A DNA stretch of 64,000 bases from Octopus bimaculoides (lineage: Eukaryota), in assembly GCF_001194135.2 (NCBI RefSeq), contig NC_069000.1, positions 10,909,774-10,973,773 of the forward strand, given 5' to 3'. Below the pieces are notes generated by a model. It made no database searches and was not told the origin of the DNA. It saw only the letters and a list, made by a program, of their open reading frames with translations. This document shows positions 1-12,819 of the stretch, one piece after another. The position numbers and the translations under genes are program-made. Every line of letters starts with the position of its first letter. The stretch's first letter is position 1.

Positions 1-207
1 TTTTAAGGTGGTCACTCAGCCTGTTAGACACAGCAACCGAACTTTTCACAAATCATCACCATTCAGTCATGAATAAGAGGACACAGTGTTATAATGGAGT
101 CTTGGGGCAAAAACTGGAAGTACGACTTTGTTTTAGTTTTGCTTTTGAGATCCAATAATCATGAGAACAGATTTTATGTCTGTATATCATGACTTAGTGA
201 GTTTTTA

Positions 208-412
208 TATCATCATCATCATCGTTGTTTAACGTCCGCTTTCCATGCTGGCATGGGTTGGATGGTTTGACTGGGGACTGGTGAGCCAGATGGCTGCACC
301 GCTGAGTTTCTACAGCTGGATGCCCTTCCTAACGCCGACCACTCCAAGTGTGTAGTGGGTGCTTTTACGTGCCACTGGCACGAGGGCCAGTCAGGCGGTA
401 CTGGCAACGGCC

Positions 413-415
<3 letters not shown>
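208..415 (-). mobile_element. RTE-LINE 3' tail / RTE-tailed SINE (family C), truncated by gap
   Basis: (cat)n-cgttgtttaacgtccgctttccatgctggcatgggttgg...ctggatgcccttcctaacgcc, near-identical to copies at 40240 and 43876. Confidence 0.8.
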
Positions 416-448
<33 letters not shown>

Positions 449-1853
449 NNNNNNNNNNNNNNNNNNNNNNNNNNNNNNNNNNNNNNNNNNNNNNNNNNNN
501 NNNNNNNNNNNNNNNNNNNNNNNNNNNNNNNNNNNNNNNNNNNNNNNNNNNNNNNNNNNNNNNNNNNNNNNNNNNNNNNNNNNNNNNNNNNNNNNNNNNN
601 NNNNNNNNNNNNNNNNNNNNNNNNNNNNNNNNNNNNNNNNNNNNNNNNNNNNNNNNNNNNNNNNNNNNNNNNNNNNNNNNNNNNNNNNNNNNNNNNNNNN
701 NNNNNNNNNNNNNNNNNNNNNNNNNNNNNNNNNNNNNNNNNNNNNNNNNNNNNNNNNNNNNNNNNNNNNNNNNNNNNNNNNNNNNNNNNNNNNNNNNNNN
801 NNNNNNNNNNNNNNNNNNNNNNNNNNNNNNNNNNNNNNNNNNNNNNNNNNNNNNNNNNNNNNNNNNNNNNNNNNNNNNNNNNNNNNNNNNNNNNNNNNNN
901 NNNNNNNNNNNNNNNNNNNNNNNNNNNNNNNNNNNNNNNNNNNNNNNNNNNNNNNNNNNNNNNNNNNNNNNNNNNNNNNNNNNNNNNNNNNNNNNNNNNN
1001 NNNNNNNNNNNNNNNNNNNNNNNNNNNNNNNNNNGTAGACACAGCTTATCGTGGAATATAATCTATAATGAAAAACAAAAATGTTATGTCACTGCAATAC
1101 ACCGCATAAATCTGACAAATTTGAAAGACAAGGTTGATTTTCATATTCAGAAGATAGCAGCAATTAGTAAAAATTGTATTTTACAGTTGCGAATTTTAAG
1201 TCTTGTTGTTGTTGTTGTTGTTGTTGTTGGGTGTGTCTGTCTACGTGAAAGATTTAAATAAATGGGTCAAATAATGTATTAGCAGGTTATCGGATAAACT
1301 GTTTATCACTAAATTTTCTGAACAATTCCTCACCCCGCCCCACCCGTACCTCTCTCTGGCTCTCTCTCTCTCTCTTTCTCTTCCATGCACATGTATTTGT
1401 TACCGTGTGGTGTATCTCTCTGAATGTATCTACACATCTTTACTCATTTTTGTGTTTAAATAACTTATAAATTATGTAAATACACTCTGTGTGTGTAAAA
1501 CTGATTTTCTTTCAAGCCTGTTCTATTGAAGACTCAACTATGTTAGAATTTAATTTTTCTTTTTTTTTTTGTGTGTTAATTTTTTTTTCTTGTATTCCTT
1601 TAAGTTAGTAGCAAAGGATCATGGAGATAATATATAAATATATCCTCCCATTGTAGGAAATATATATATATATATATACATACACACACATATATACACA
1701 AACACTTGTATATACACATATATATATATTAGTACTAATATATATAGTACTATTAGTGGATCATATCTTTGTACTATGTACATTAAATGATGTTTATCTC
1801 TTACTGGATGGAGTTCTTTTTGGAGGTTGAACTTACCTTACCAAAACAGTGAG

Positions 1854-1897
<44 letters not shown>

Positions 1898-2031
1898 AGG
1901 CGCACTTACATCGACACACTCACCCATACTCATGTCTATATGCAGGTTAATTGTGTCAGGGTAGCTTACAGGAAGTAATAATAGTATCAGATAAGGCACT
2001 AAAGTCTAGTAACTGTAGTAGCAGATATCGC

Positions 2032-2067
<36 letters not shown>

Positions 2068-2191
2068 AAAGCAGCATGTCTGTGTGTTTGTATGTACACA
2101 CCTCAACGATGAAGTGATGTACTTCTCTACATTTGCTTGTGTTAAACGTTTATAGTAATTTTTCGCATTTTTTTCCCCTTCTTCCTTACAG

Positions 2192-2209
2192 TGTGGTGGT
2201 ACTTTCCTG
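2192..2209 (+). other. candidate 18-nt microexon of an unidentified plus-strand gene
   Basis: pyrimidine tract ttttttccccttcttccttacag, exon tgtggtggtactttcctg, perfect donor gtaagt; length divisible by 3, no stop in any frame. Confidence 0.45.
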
Positions 2210-3024
2210 GTAAGTGACTTGTATCTTAGACTGCTGCATGTTAAAAACGGCACCGTTGTGTTCCCCTTTTTTTCATTTCTTTCACAAGGTATTGCGACTT
2301 TTTNNNNNNNNNNNNNNNNNNNNNNNNNNNNNNNNNNNNNNNNNNNNNNNNNNNNNNNNNNNNNNNNNNNNNNNNNNNNNNNNNNNNNNNNNNNNNNNNN
2401 NNNNNNNNNNNNNNNNNNNNNNNNNNNNNNNNNNNNNNNNNNNNNNNNNNNNNNNNNNNNNNNNNNNNNNNNNNNNNNNNNNNNNNNNNNNNNNNNNNNN
2501 NNNNNNNNNNNNNNNNNNNNNNNNNNNNNNNNNNNNNNNNNNNNNNNNNNNNNNNNNNNNNNNNNNNNNNNNNNNNNNNNNNNNNNNNNNNNNNNNNNNN
2601 NNNNNNNNNNNNNNNNNNNNNNNNNNNNNNNNNNNNNNNNNNNNNNNNNNNNNNNNNNNNNNNNNNNNNNNNNNNNNNNNNNNNNNNNNNNNNNNNNNNN
2701 NNNNNNNNNNNNNNNNNNNNNNNNNNNNNNNNNNNNNNNNNNNNNNNNNNNNNNNNNNNNNNNNNNNNNNNNNNNNNNNNNNNNNNNNNNNNNNNNNNNN
2801 NNNNNNNNNNNNNNNNNNNNNNNNNNNNNNNNNNNNNNNNNNNNNNNNNNNNNNNNNNNNNNNNNNNNNNNNNNNNNNNNNNNNNNNNNNNNNNNNNNNN
2901 NNNNNNNNNNNNNNNNNNNNNNNNNNNGGACACATACGCCATAGAAACCGGGAAACCGGGACCATGAGCCTAGCTTGGCTTTAAAAGTGCGCATAAATAA
3001 ATAAATATATGAAGGCACGTGACC

Positions 3025-3270
3025 TAGTAGGTTAAGCTGTTGCACTCACACTCGCCAGATCGTGGGTTCGATTCCCTGACTTGGCGGCATGTTGTGTCCT
3101 TGGGCAAATCACTTCATTTCACGTTGCTCCAGTTCCCCTTCAACCAGGAGGGGTTGTTGGCCTGTTCGCCTAGCCAGCAGAGTGGCATGATTTGAAGGCT
3201 AAAACAATGCAAAAGTGCATTGTGACCAGTGATGTGTAACAAGATATGATAGTCTGGTCGGTTACATGAT
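3025..3270 (+). mobile_element. tRNA-derived SINE (family D), decayed
   Basis: B-box gggttcgattccc followed by gtgtccttgggcaaatcacttcatttcacgttgctccagt; related to 6368-6615 and 47645-47880. Confidence 0.65.
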
Positions 3271-3744
3271 TGATGATAGCTAGATAGATAGAGAGATAAA
3301 CTTACTTGAAAATGGATGAGTGGTGTTCAATTATATATAAATAGAACAAAAACACAATAAAAGACATTAAAACGTTTGGACAGATAGACGATACAAAGTT
3401 AGACAAGAGAAACAACAATCAGAAGGACAGGCAAAATAAGACGGGCATATATGGGTACAGGACGTCACCAACTGTGTAAACAACATGATGTATGAAAAGA
3501 AACGAGTTAAATACACAAACAACAAGAGAAAAAAATGGAAAACAGGACAAGTAACGCAGAGAACGACCCTTCATCAGTTGTTGGCTGTCTATCTACTTCT
3601 CATTTTGATCATTCAGATAGATATATGTCTGTGTGTATCCTTGTATCTGTTTAGCTTCTATCATTAGTTCACATGCAAAGCTGTTGTCACCAATGGCGAA
3701 TACTTGGTCTTCAAAATACGACACATTTGATTGGTTGATCGCAT

Positions 3745-4370
3745 ACTCTTTTACTCTTTTACTTGTTTCAGTCATTTGACTGTGGCCATGCTGGAGCACC
3801 GCCTTTTAGTCGAGCTAATCGACCCCCAGGACTTATTCTTTGTAAACCCAGTACTTATTCTATCAGTCCCTTTAGCCGAACCGCTAAGTTACGGGGACGT
3901 AAACACACCAGCATTGGTTGTCAAGCAATGCTAGGGGGGACAAACACAGACACACAAACATATACATACATACATATATATACGACGGGCTTCTTTCAGT
4001 TTCCGTCTACCAAATCCACTCACAAGGCTTTGGTCGGCCCGAGGCTATAGTAGAAGACACTTTGCCCGNNNNNNNNNNNNNNNNNNNNNNNNNNNNNNNN
4101 NNNNNNNNNNNNNNNNNNNNNNNNNNNNNNNNNNNNNNNNNNNNNNNNNNNNNNNNNNNNNNNNNNNNNNNNNNNNNNNNNNNNNNNNNNNNNNNNNNNN
4201 NNNNNNNNNNNNNNNNNNNNNNNNNNNNNNNNNNNNNNNNNNNNNNNNNNNNNNNNNNNNNNNNNNNNNNNNNNNNNNNNNNNNNNNNNNNNNNNNNNNN
4301 NNNNNNNNNNNNNNNNNNNNNNNNNNNNNNNNNNNNNNNNNNNNNNNNNNNNNNNNNNNNNNNNNNNNNN

Positions 4371-4411
<41 letters not shown>

Positions 4412-4578
4412 TATATATACACATTCTTTCAGTTTCCGTCTACCAAATCCACTCACAAGGCTTTGGTCGGCCCGAGGCTATAGTAGAAGACACTTTGCCC
4501 GAGGTGCCCCGCAGCGGGACTGAACCCAGAACCATGTGGTTGGTAAGCAAGCTACTTATCACACAGTCACTCCTACGC
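3745..4578 (-). mobile_element. tRNA/CORE-like SINE (family A) spanning an assembly gap
   Basis: tail tactcttttacttgtttcagtcatttgactgtggccatgctggagcaccgcc, internal (ca/ta)n, head ...gggactgaacccagaaccatgtggttggtaagcaagctactt; many copies in the window. Confidence 0.85.
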
Positions 4579-5082
4579 ATGTTCGCCCTCTCCAATAGTC
4601 TTTGTGCTAATTTGAAGTCAACATTAAAGGAGTATTTCTTCATACTAACTTCTTGTGCCTGAATGAGCTTTGCAGCTCCAACAAGTACAGAAATGATGGA
4701 ATCAGATTACAGACAGTTTGGAGTGGTTGGTTTCTTTTTTTGTTGCTTCTAACTTTTCCAATGTAACCCCAAAGTATTTTATCTGTCCTTAACAACTACT
4801 GTTTAATCGCCGTTGTCATCATCATCATCATTACCATCAATCAACTAGTGGCATTGGAATGAGGTGTCGCTGAATCTAATTATTCACCGAATAATTAGTT
4901 TGCCCCATATTTTGTATGAAATATTGTTGTCCCTGTAATTACAACATGTAACATGTGATCCCAGTATGTAATACAATAAGAAGGATTTTGCTTAGGGGAA
5001 CAGCAGTATTGTCAAGTTGAATTAAGTTATATAGAGACTTCCTCACTGTCTCAAGTAGTAGAAGCTTCTATACAATTCGCTT

Positions 5083-5398
5083 TTATTCTTTTACTTGTTT
5101 CAGTCATTTGACTGTGGCCGTGCTGGAGCACCGCCTTTAGTTGAATCAAATCGACCCCAGGATTTATTCTTTGTAAGCCTAGTGCTTATTCTATCGGTCT
5201 CTTTTGCCGAACCACCAAGTTACGGGGACCTAAACACACCAGCATCGGTTGTCAAGCGATGTTGGAGGGGACAAACAAATACACAACATATACACACGCA
5301 TGCATACATACATATATACAACGGGCTTCTTTCAGTTTCCGTCTACCAAATCCACTCCCAAGGCTTTGGTCAGCCCGAGGTTATAGTAGAAGACACTT
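5083..5398 (-). mobile_element. family A SINE, head truncated
   Basis: same tail and body as 3745-4068. Confidence 0.85.
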
Positions 5399-6367
5399 CT
5401 GAAGTTTTTTTTGTTTTTGTTTTTTGTCCCCAGTACAAGGGGTTTCTGCAAGGCAAACAAACAGTACTGCTACAATCAACTAGTGTCTGTATGTGTGTGC
5501 GTGTGCCTATACATACTTGTACTGTTGCATATACACAAATGATGCCAAACATTTATACCTCTCTAGCGAACCAACTTCACTAAACATATGCATGCACATG
5601 TACACATTCACATACATACATACATACACACACACACGGGGACAATCCCATGTCTAAATAACTGTATCCTGATTATTACATCAATACACACACACACACA
5701 CAGAAAGGGAGACCATACCACAAACATAGACAGACATGTCAGATTGACCTAATCAACATGTACTAATAAGAAATAAAATCTGATATTTATCTAACTGTAC
5801 GCATACATTCTCTTTCATACAGACACACAGACGTGTCTTCTTTCAGTCATCTTTTTTTCTGGTTTTCTTTTCTCTCACACACGTATAGATGCATGCACTT
5901 CAATACAGATACACACACACATCTACTCAAATACACACACACGCATGCATGTCAACACATTTGTACATGCGCACACATACAGGCAGTGATTCTGTAGCAG
6001 ATTTATCTTACATTTGCATGAGAACTTTTACTGTCACCATATTGAATTTCTGTCCACTTGGGTTCATAGACAATGTCACCCAGTATATGTGGTTTTGATT
6101 GGGTATGAGTGTGTTTTCTCATTTCTGGGTAACCTCACTCTGTCTTGCTTGTATCATGTGTACACATCCAAGCTTCTGGGATTACTTGTACCAAACAAAG
6201 CATCATCCTATTTGTGTTTCTAGATATGGCCATTTCGCCTTTATTATATACAGTACATTGTCCTAAAATTTAGGATTCTAAAAGCTATGGTTTCCAGTTA
6301 AAACATAACCTTTTTTTTTTAACTATAGAGAGCCCCTTGACAAGTTTGCATTACTATTTAGAAGTTG

Positions 6368-6615
6368 TGGAGGTGCATGGCTTAGTGGTTAGGGTGTTGG
6401 ACTCATGCTTGTAAGAGTGTGGTTTCAATTCCTGGACCAGGCAATGCATTGTGTTCTTGAGCAAATCACTTCATTTCACTTTGTTCATTCCACTCAGTTG
6501 GCAAAAATGAGTGACCCTGCGACAAACTGGCGTCCCATCCAGATGGGGGACATTTACAACATGAAAACTGTGAAACTGGCCCTTATGAATTAGTATGACT
6601 CAAGAAGGAATACTA
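6368..6615 (+). mobile_element. tRNA-derived SINE (family D)
   Basis: A-box tggcttagtgg, B-box ggtttcaattcc, then ttgtgttcttgagcaaatcacttcatt and ccctgcgacaaactggcgtcccatccag. Confidence 0.75.
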
Positions 6616-7240
6616 CTACTACTACTATTTAGAAGTTTCTTTACTGCCATATCTGTGGTTGTGATTCGTTGTAACCCTGTTTTTTTGGGGTTTTTTTTTT
6701 TGGAGAAGTACTTGAGTCATTGTATATGATAAAGTCGCGAAAATTAATAAGGATTTTGAATTCTTGTTTAGCTCCTTCATCAGCTATGAATCAAAGTTGT
6801 CCAAACGATGATCATCCTAAGGCTACCTTGTCCAAGTGTCATTGAGTCTTTTTTTTTTTAAGACTGTAGGTTATGATTGGTTAATGGTACTTGCTAAGAG
6901 ACCTTGCTGACATAGTTCTATATACTACAGTTCTTATATATATATANNNNNNNNNNNNNNNNNNNNNNNNNNNNNNNNNNNNNNNNNNNNNNNNNNNNNN
7001 NNNNNNNNNNNNNNNNNNNNNNNNNNNNNNNNNNNNNNNNNNNNNNNNNNNNNNNNNNNNNNNNNNNNNNNNNNNNNNNNNNNNNNNNNNNNNNNNNNNN
7101 NNNNNNNNNNNNNNNNNNNNNNNNNNNNNNNNNNNNNNNNNNNNNNNNNNNNNNNNNNNNNNNNNNNNNNNNNNNNNNNNNNNNNNNNNNNNNNNNNNNN
7201 NNNNNNNNNNNNNNNNNNGTTGTTTTTTTCTTACATTCTC

Positions 7241-7280
<40 letters not shown>

Positions 7281-7399
7281 CAGTGTGTGTGCTCATATTT
7301 CCTTGTCTTGGCATCACAGGATACTTGTAAATTAATGTCACTATCATACAAGCAGTGAGTCATTCGTTTCCAATATTCCATGCAAACATGTCTGGCCAT

Positions 7400-7540
7400 G
7401 GGGAAATATAACCACTGCTTGGAAGTGGGTTAGGGTTGGCAACAAGAAGGGCAGCCGGCTGTAGAAAAAAAACCCTGCTGCAACAAATTCTGACTGACTC
7501 ATGCAAGCATGGAAAAGTGGACATTAAATGATGGTGGTGG
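7400..7540 (+). mobile_element. RTE-type 3' tail (family C-like), diverged
   Basis: gggttggcaacaagaagggcagccggctgtagaaa...catgcaagcatggaaaagtggacattaaatgatgg. Confidence 0.6.
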
Positions 7541-8432
7541 TACATGTGTGTATACAATATTCTACTTCCTGTATCCAGTATTTAAGTTTCGCCTCAATCT
7601 GTTTATAAGTTTAAAAGGCTGTAATGCTTTTATGTAGCTACTTGTATACGTCTAAGTGTGGGCACATGTGCTGAAACCTGTTGCTGACCATGTGTAAGTG
7701 TGTGCATGCGTGAGTGCATGCACATACATGCGTGCGAACTGAGCTTGTCTATAACAAGCGCATCTGTGTACGTGCGTATATGCACTTGAAGGTCTGCATA
7801 TTTATGTAATTGGTACTTAACACTCATCCAATACTCGCATTAGTCTGCACACAAACACACACACACGTTAATATTTGTTTAATCTTAGTAGATTGCATGT
7901 TATTAAGACCTTCTTGGATGAGACCATCCGTTTACTGTCTATCAGTGAACTCCACACACACACACACACCTTGCATTTGTCTTTCTTCTCGTATGATGGC
8001 CACAATAATGAAATTCAGTAGATTCTCTTCCTTCTCTTCTACTTTCACATGTGAAGAGTTTTTTTTTTTTTTTTTTTTTTGTAATTCGAAGACGAGGATG
8101 GGTGGGTGGAGGTTGTTATTATTATTGTTAAGAAAATGAAAAAAAACTAATGAAGTAGATAAATGATAATTTAGATAACGTCCTTGATAGAATGACCCTT
8201 GTCTACATAGCTAAGCCTTGAGACTTGCAAAGCAAGGCCTGGCAATTAGCTTGCTGGCAACATATCAATTATATCATTAAATGACATTTTTTTGTGACAG
8301 GTATACTAGCATTATTTGCACTCGATCTACTTTCTCCTTTGCTTCCCCCCCCTCTCTCTCTCTCTCTTTCCAGTAGTTAGCCTCACAGCATCTGGAGTGT
8401 GATCTTGAACTTTAAAACCTGCCCTGCAGTGG

Positions 8433-8483
<51 letters not shown>

Positions 8484-9584
8484 TTTATCAGCTGAGATGA
8501 AGGCATATTTAGCTTTTGCGGTAGCGTGAAGGAAGTGAGTGAAAGAGCAGTGTTCAGTGTCTTTTGTTTCACACACACACATTCACACTTAATAGTTCAT
8601 TAGGTAAATATCTTCATAATGCCAGCCAGCCTATCAACAAAGCCAGCTGTTGATTGGTTGGTTAGTTTGCTGGTTGTTTGGTTGGCCAGTTAGTCAATCA
8701 GTGAAGTTGTTCACTCTCCCTCTCTCCCTCTCTGTCTCTCTCTCTCTCTCCCTCTCTCTCTCTGTCTCTCTCTCTCTCTAACATACACACTATATGACCT
8801 ACAACTTATGGGAGCGACTGGTTTGCAGAGTTTTACAGTTGATAGGAACTTTCTCAGTTTATGAAAGCAGAAATTTACATTGTACTCACAACCCGTTACC
8901 AGCACGGAAAACGAATTTTAAATGATGATAGGAATAATAATCAAGACATTATTCACAACTACATTCGGAAAGAAATTTCATGGATAAAGACTAAATTCTT
9001 TAGAACTTAGCTTCATTTGTTAAAATACATGTTGTTATAGTTATGGACTGGCAGAATCATTTGAGCAACAGATAAGATACTTAGAGGTGTTTTTTGGTGG
9101 GGGAGGGGAGGGTCTACATTCTGAATATGAACTCCACTGAGGTCCATTTCGCCATCTTGCCCATGGGTCAGCGGAATCGGTAGAACATCAGACAAAATAT
9201 GCCATGTAGTATTTAGTTGCTTCCCTTGGTATCCTGGCAACAAATCCTGCTGCTACCACCTGGATATCATATATGTATGTATGTTTGTGTATATGCATGT
9301 GTGTATATATATATGTATATAAGCATTAAGCCCAATATACAGAGATAAAAAAACTATGATTGAGTACAACATACCAAGATAAAAATATATTTGTGTTGAG
9401 GTGCTCTGTGTTTCTTTCAATTAATTTTAGATATAACAAAGAAATTAGCAAAATAACTTAGTTATCATTCAGCTAGTGTTCGGAACGTAAATTGTGACAA
9501 AGGTTTTGGTGGAAGATTTTCATTCAGAACTTTTGAAAACCAGACGTTACAGAGCCAGAGGTGGTTTCAGACGGGTTGGCATCA

Positions 9585-10000
9585 TTGGTATTAAGCAATG
9601 ATGCATCATTCATATTGAGTATCTCAGTTACTGTAGGCAAAATTATGATTGATCCATAATACTATGTATCAGCTATTGACAATTTAAGAGTCAACATTCG
9701 AGTCTGAAATGACAGGGAGACTTAGGAAGTTGAAATTTGTTTTGTGATGTTATAATTCACCAGACCATACCAGCTGTATTGTTATCACACCCATTCTTCA
9801 AAATCAGAATCCAGACCTAGCACTGAAATTTTTCATCTCTCCTCAGTTCAAAAGAAGTTTAAATGGCTGTTGTTGTGGAAGCACTGCACAAATTAATGAA
9901 GCGTTTGGAAAATGTCATTGCAGAAAAATATTTAGAAAAAAATTTTTGCATTTTTGCATTTTTTGGTGTAAATGAGCAGAGATTGAGCAGTGAAAGGTGT
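9585..10000 (+). mobile_element. highly decayed mariner transposase relic
   Basis: frameshifted fragments read CIIHIEYL, NLRVNIR, YNSPDHTS (cf. DNAPAHTS) and PDLA..FHL..Q.KRSLNG (cf. YSPDLAPxDFHLF), in the expected order. Confidence 0.5.
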
Positions 10001-11644
10001 AACCAACACTGGAAACTATATATCAACATTTTTTTCTTCTTTTTACTTTTAAAAGCTGAAATATCTTCATTCTCTATATTTTTTCCTTTATTTTTTTCAC
10101 GAGGTTTCGTTTTGGTACAAGCTTTTTAGACACCTTTGTGTGTTGTGTGTAAGAAATAGTATGATTAAACACAACAAGACTGATAGAATAAGTCCTGGGA
10201 TCAATTCATTCGACTAAACCTCTCAATGTGGTACTCCGGCATGGCCACAGTCCAGTGACTGAAACAAATAAAAGATGAAAGCAATACCAAGAATTTCATT
10301 AAAATATTTTTGTTGTTTGCTTTTTAATAAATGTATTTAAATGGACACCTAAAACACCACAGGTCATCACATATTGCTTGGACATTAACCATTGCGTGTC
10401 TCTTCAAATTCATTTAAAAGTGAAACTAACATTAGTTCAGTCAGTGTTCTCGCGGGAATCTAAAACATTGATTTAATTGATTAGTGAGTGCAGTTGAATA
10501 TTGATTTTAAAATATGTATTTTTACAGTGCAATTGGAACATGTATTGTTGGTTGAATCTGCTTAAACTGCTTTTCTATCGTTATTACTACCTTGGCCTTC
10601 GGTACATGGTGGCGGATGGTCGAATATTAATATTAGAATATTAATATTTAGTTTGGCTTTTTATGTTCCGAGTTCAACTGCTGCCACAGTCGACTTTGCC
10701 TTTCATTCTTCCAGGGTCGAGAAAATGAATACTGGTTGAGTATTGTGAGTTGATGCATATCACATGCACAAGCTGTTGCAACCAGCTGATCAATAAAGTG
10801 CAGTTGCTGAATGACATACTCAAACGCAGGCATACAGGTCCTTGTATTTGAACAGACGCACATTATAAATGCACCATTGGCATTATGTTATCTACAAAAA
10901 TAAATAATACTTTCAGTATTACATCCACACAATCATTACCTCTGTCCTTTGACCTGTCCAACATGGAACATCTATGGAAGTCCTACCAGGAACATCCACT
11001 CTGTTGGTATTGCTCTCAGGGCCATTGAGGCCCACAAGCACCACACCACAACATGGACTAGAACTTGTGGTGGATATAGGTGGGTTGCTTTGCAGTATTT
11101 GAACGTATTTATTTTCTCCTGCTGTATATTAACTGGAACAGCTCAAGCAAAGCTGACTGGGGTTAGTCAGTAATGACTTCTGTGGTTTACATAAAAAAAA
11201 ACATTTAATTAACTACTTGCTTAATGTTTTTTTTTCTTTTTTTTTCCTAATGAAGGAAATTACCATTTTAATTTTGTTCAATAGAAGCAAACAGCTACAT
11301 TTCAAAACATATGGCCACTATGTTTTAAAAACAGGAATAAAATAAAATTCCCTACATGGAGCCTATCCAAACACTTATTATTATTGCTTCTGATGTTTTA
11401 TTGTCATTTGGCCAATGCTTATCCTCAGGTGGCTGACACAAATAATTTTATTTGGATGACCTCCATAAATACAGTTTATTTACCAATGCAGACTAACACA
11501 GCCACATACAGAAAATTCACACTGCATCTTGTTAATTGTGCATTCACAATCAGTTTGTACATGGTTTTATGTTTTTATTTATTGTTCCGGTGAGTGAGAG
11601 TGGTAGGAATGGCCTAACATAATCAGGCCTACTCCCAGCTTGCA

Positions 11645-11995
11645 CTTATAGGCCACAGAATACAGCTGGGAAAAGGGGTACCACCTGCCCTTGGTTATCA
11701 GGATAATGGTGTTTCTTAATTGACCCGAAGTGACAGTCCCTTTAACAGGACATCTCATTTCATACTTTAAAATATATCTGTTTTCCATCCCTATTATTAT
11801 TTCATAATTGGTTCTAGGCCAGAGAACACAACTGGAAGAAGGGGAACCACTTGTCCTTGGTAATCAGGATAATGTTGATTCTATGGGGTGCCTTCATTGA
11901 TTCTAAGCAGCAGTCCCCTTAACAGGACATCTCGTTCCATAGCTTAAAATGTCTTTGTTCTTGATCCCTATTTTCATTCATAATTAGTTCTATGT
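11645..11995. repeat. diverged direct tandem duplication, about 170-bp unit x2
   Basis: ggggtaccacctgcccttggttatcaggataatg vs ggggaaccacttgtccttggtaatcaggataatg; cagtccctttaacaggacatctc vs cagtccccttaacaggacatctc. Confidence 0.8.
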
Positions 11996-12619
11996 AAAAC
12001 CTCGATTGTTTTTTTTTAAGTTGCCCCTATAATGACCCCCATCATCAGTTATCTTTGTGGTAAATGAAAGAAATGGCTGTGTGAGTATATGTCTTTATCT
12101 GTAATGTTTATTTGTTCTGTTTGTCATGGCATTTAAACATATTTAAATAATATTATGAACGTCTATAAATTTATACATCAGACTAGAAATAAGGAAACTT
12201 ATAAATTTATGAAAAATGGAAGTTGTATAGGTCCTGCTATGATATGTTGATTGACGGAATCATTAGGGGATCAGAGAAAATGTCTCGTAGTATTTAGGGT
12301 CATAATGTTTGAGTTTAAAATCTATCCAAGCCAGTTAATTCTTCCAGGTCAATTTATTTGATAACCAGTTGATCTAGCAAGCGGTGCCTCATATCAGCGA
12401 GTGGGAGCCGGTGCGTATTGATGCCGTTGTGAGGTAGGCCCTGAAACGGTGTGTGCGCATCCTCTTCCGATGACCCGATACACTTGCTGGCTTCTGGTAT
12501 GCAGAGCTTTCAACTAGTAGCACTTGCATGTGCAAGTTGTTTGCAAAGCATCACAAATACCAGTCAACTGCTGGGGGGGGGGGGGCTAAGGTAATCAACT
12601 AATTATCATTATTATCATT

Positions 12620-12778
12620 AAGGTGGCAAGCCAGAGTTCAAATTCTGCTGAGGTTGATTTTGTCTTTCATCCTTTCGGGGTCGATAAAATAAGTACCAGT
12701 ACCATGGGTCGATATAATCAACTAGTCCCATCCCCCAAAAATTTCAGGCCTTGTGCCTTTAGTAGAAAGAATTATTGT

Positions 12779-12812
<34 letters not shown>
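12620..12812 (+). mobile_element. tRNA-derived SINE (family B) with (cta)n tail
   Basis: gagttcaaattctgctgaggttgattttgtctttcatcctttcggggtcgataaaataagtaccag...ggccttgtgcctttagtagaaag. Confidence 0.8.

Positions 12813-12819
<7 letters not shown>

Noticed and set aside
348-1261. Long ORFs in the track spanning N runs (also at 2.0-3.0, 3.9-4.5, 6.9-7.4, 14.7-15.1, 23.9-24.3, 29.1-29.9, 32.1-33.2, 33.9-34.4 and 40.0-40.2 kb)
   Set aside because: Artefacts of translating Ns as X; no coding evidence.
3985-4501. Identical SINE segment of about 80 nt on both sides of a gap
   Set aside because: Shares a private variant (actttgcccg) and flanks a gap; most likely an assembly overlap, not a real duplication.
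4876-4898. Perfect 10-bp hairpin ctaattattc-acc-gaataattag (and a 9-bp one at about 17605-17631)
   Set aside because: AT-rich and short; expected occasionally by chance in 64 kb.
12440-12480. gaaac...ccgatga resembling a permuted hammerhead
   Set aside because: The core is CCGAUGA, with no NUH triplet or consistent stems.
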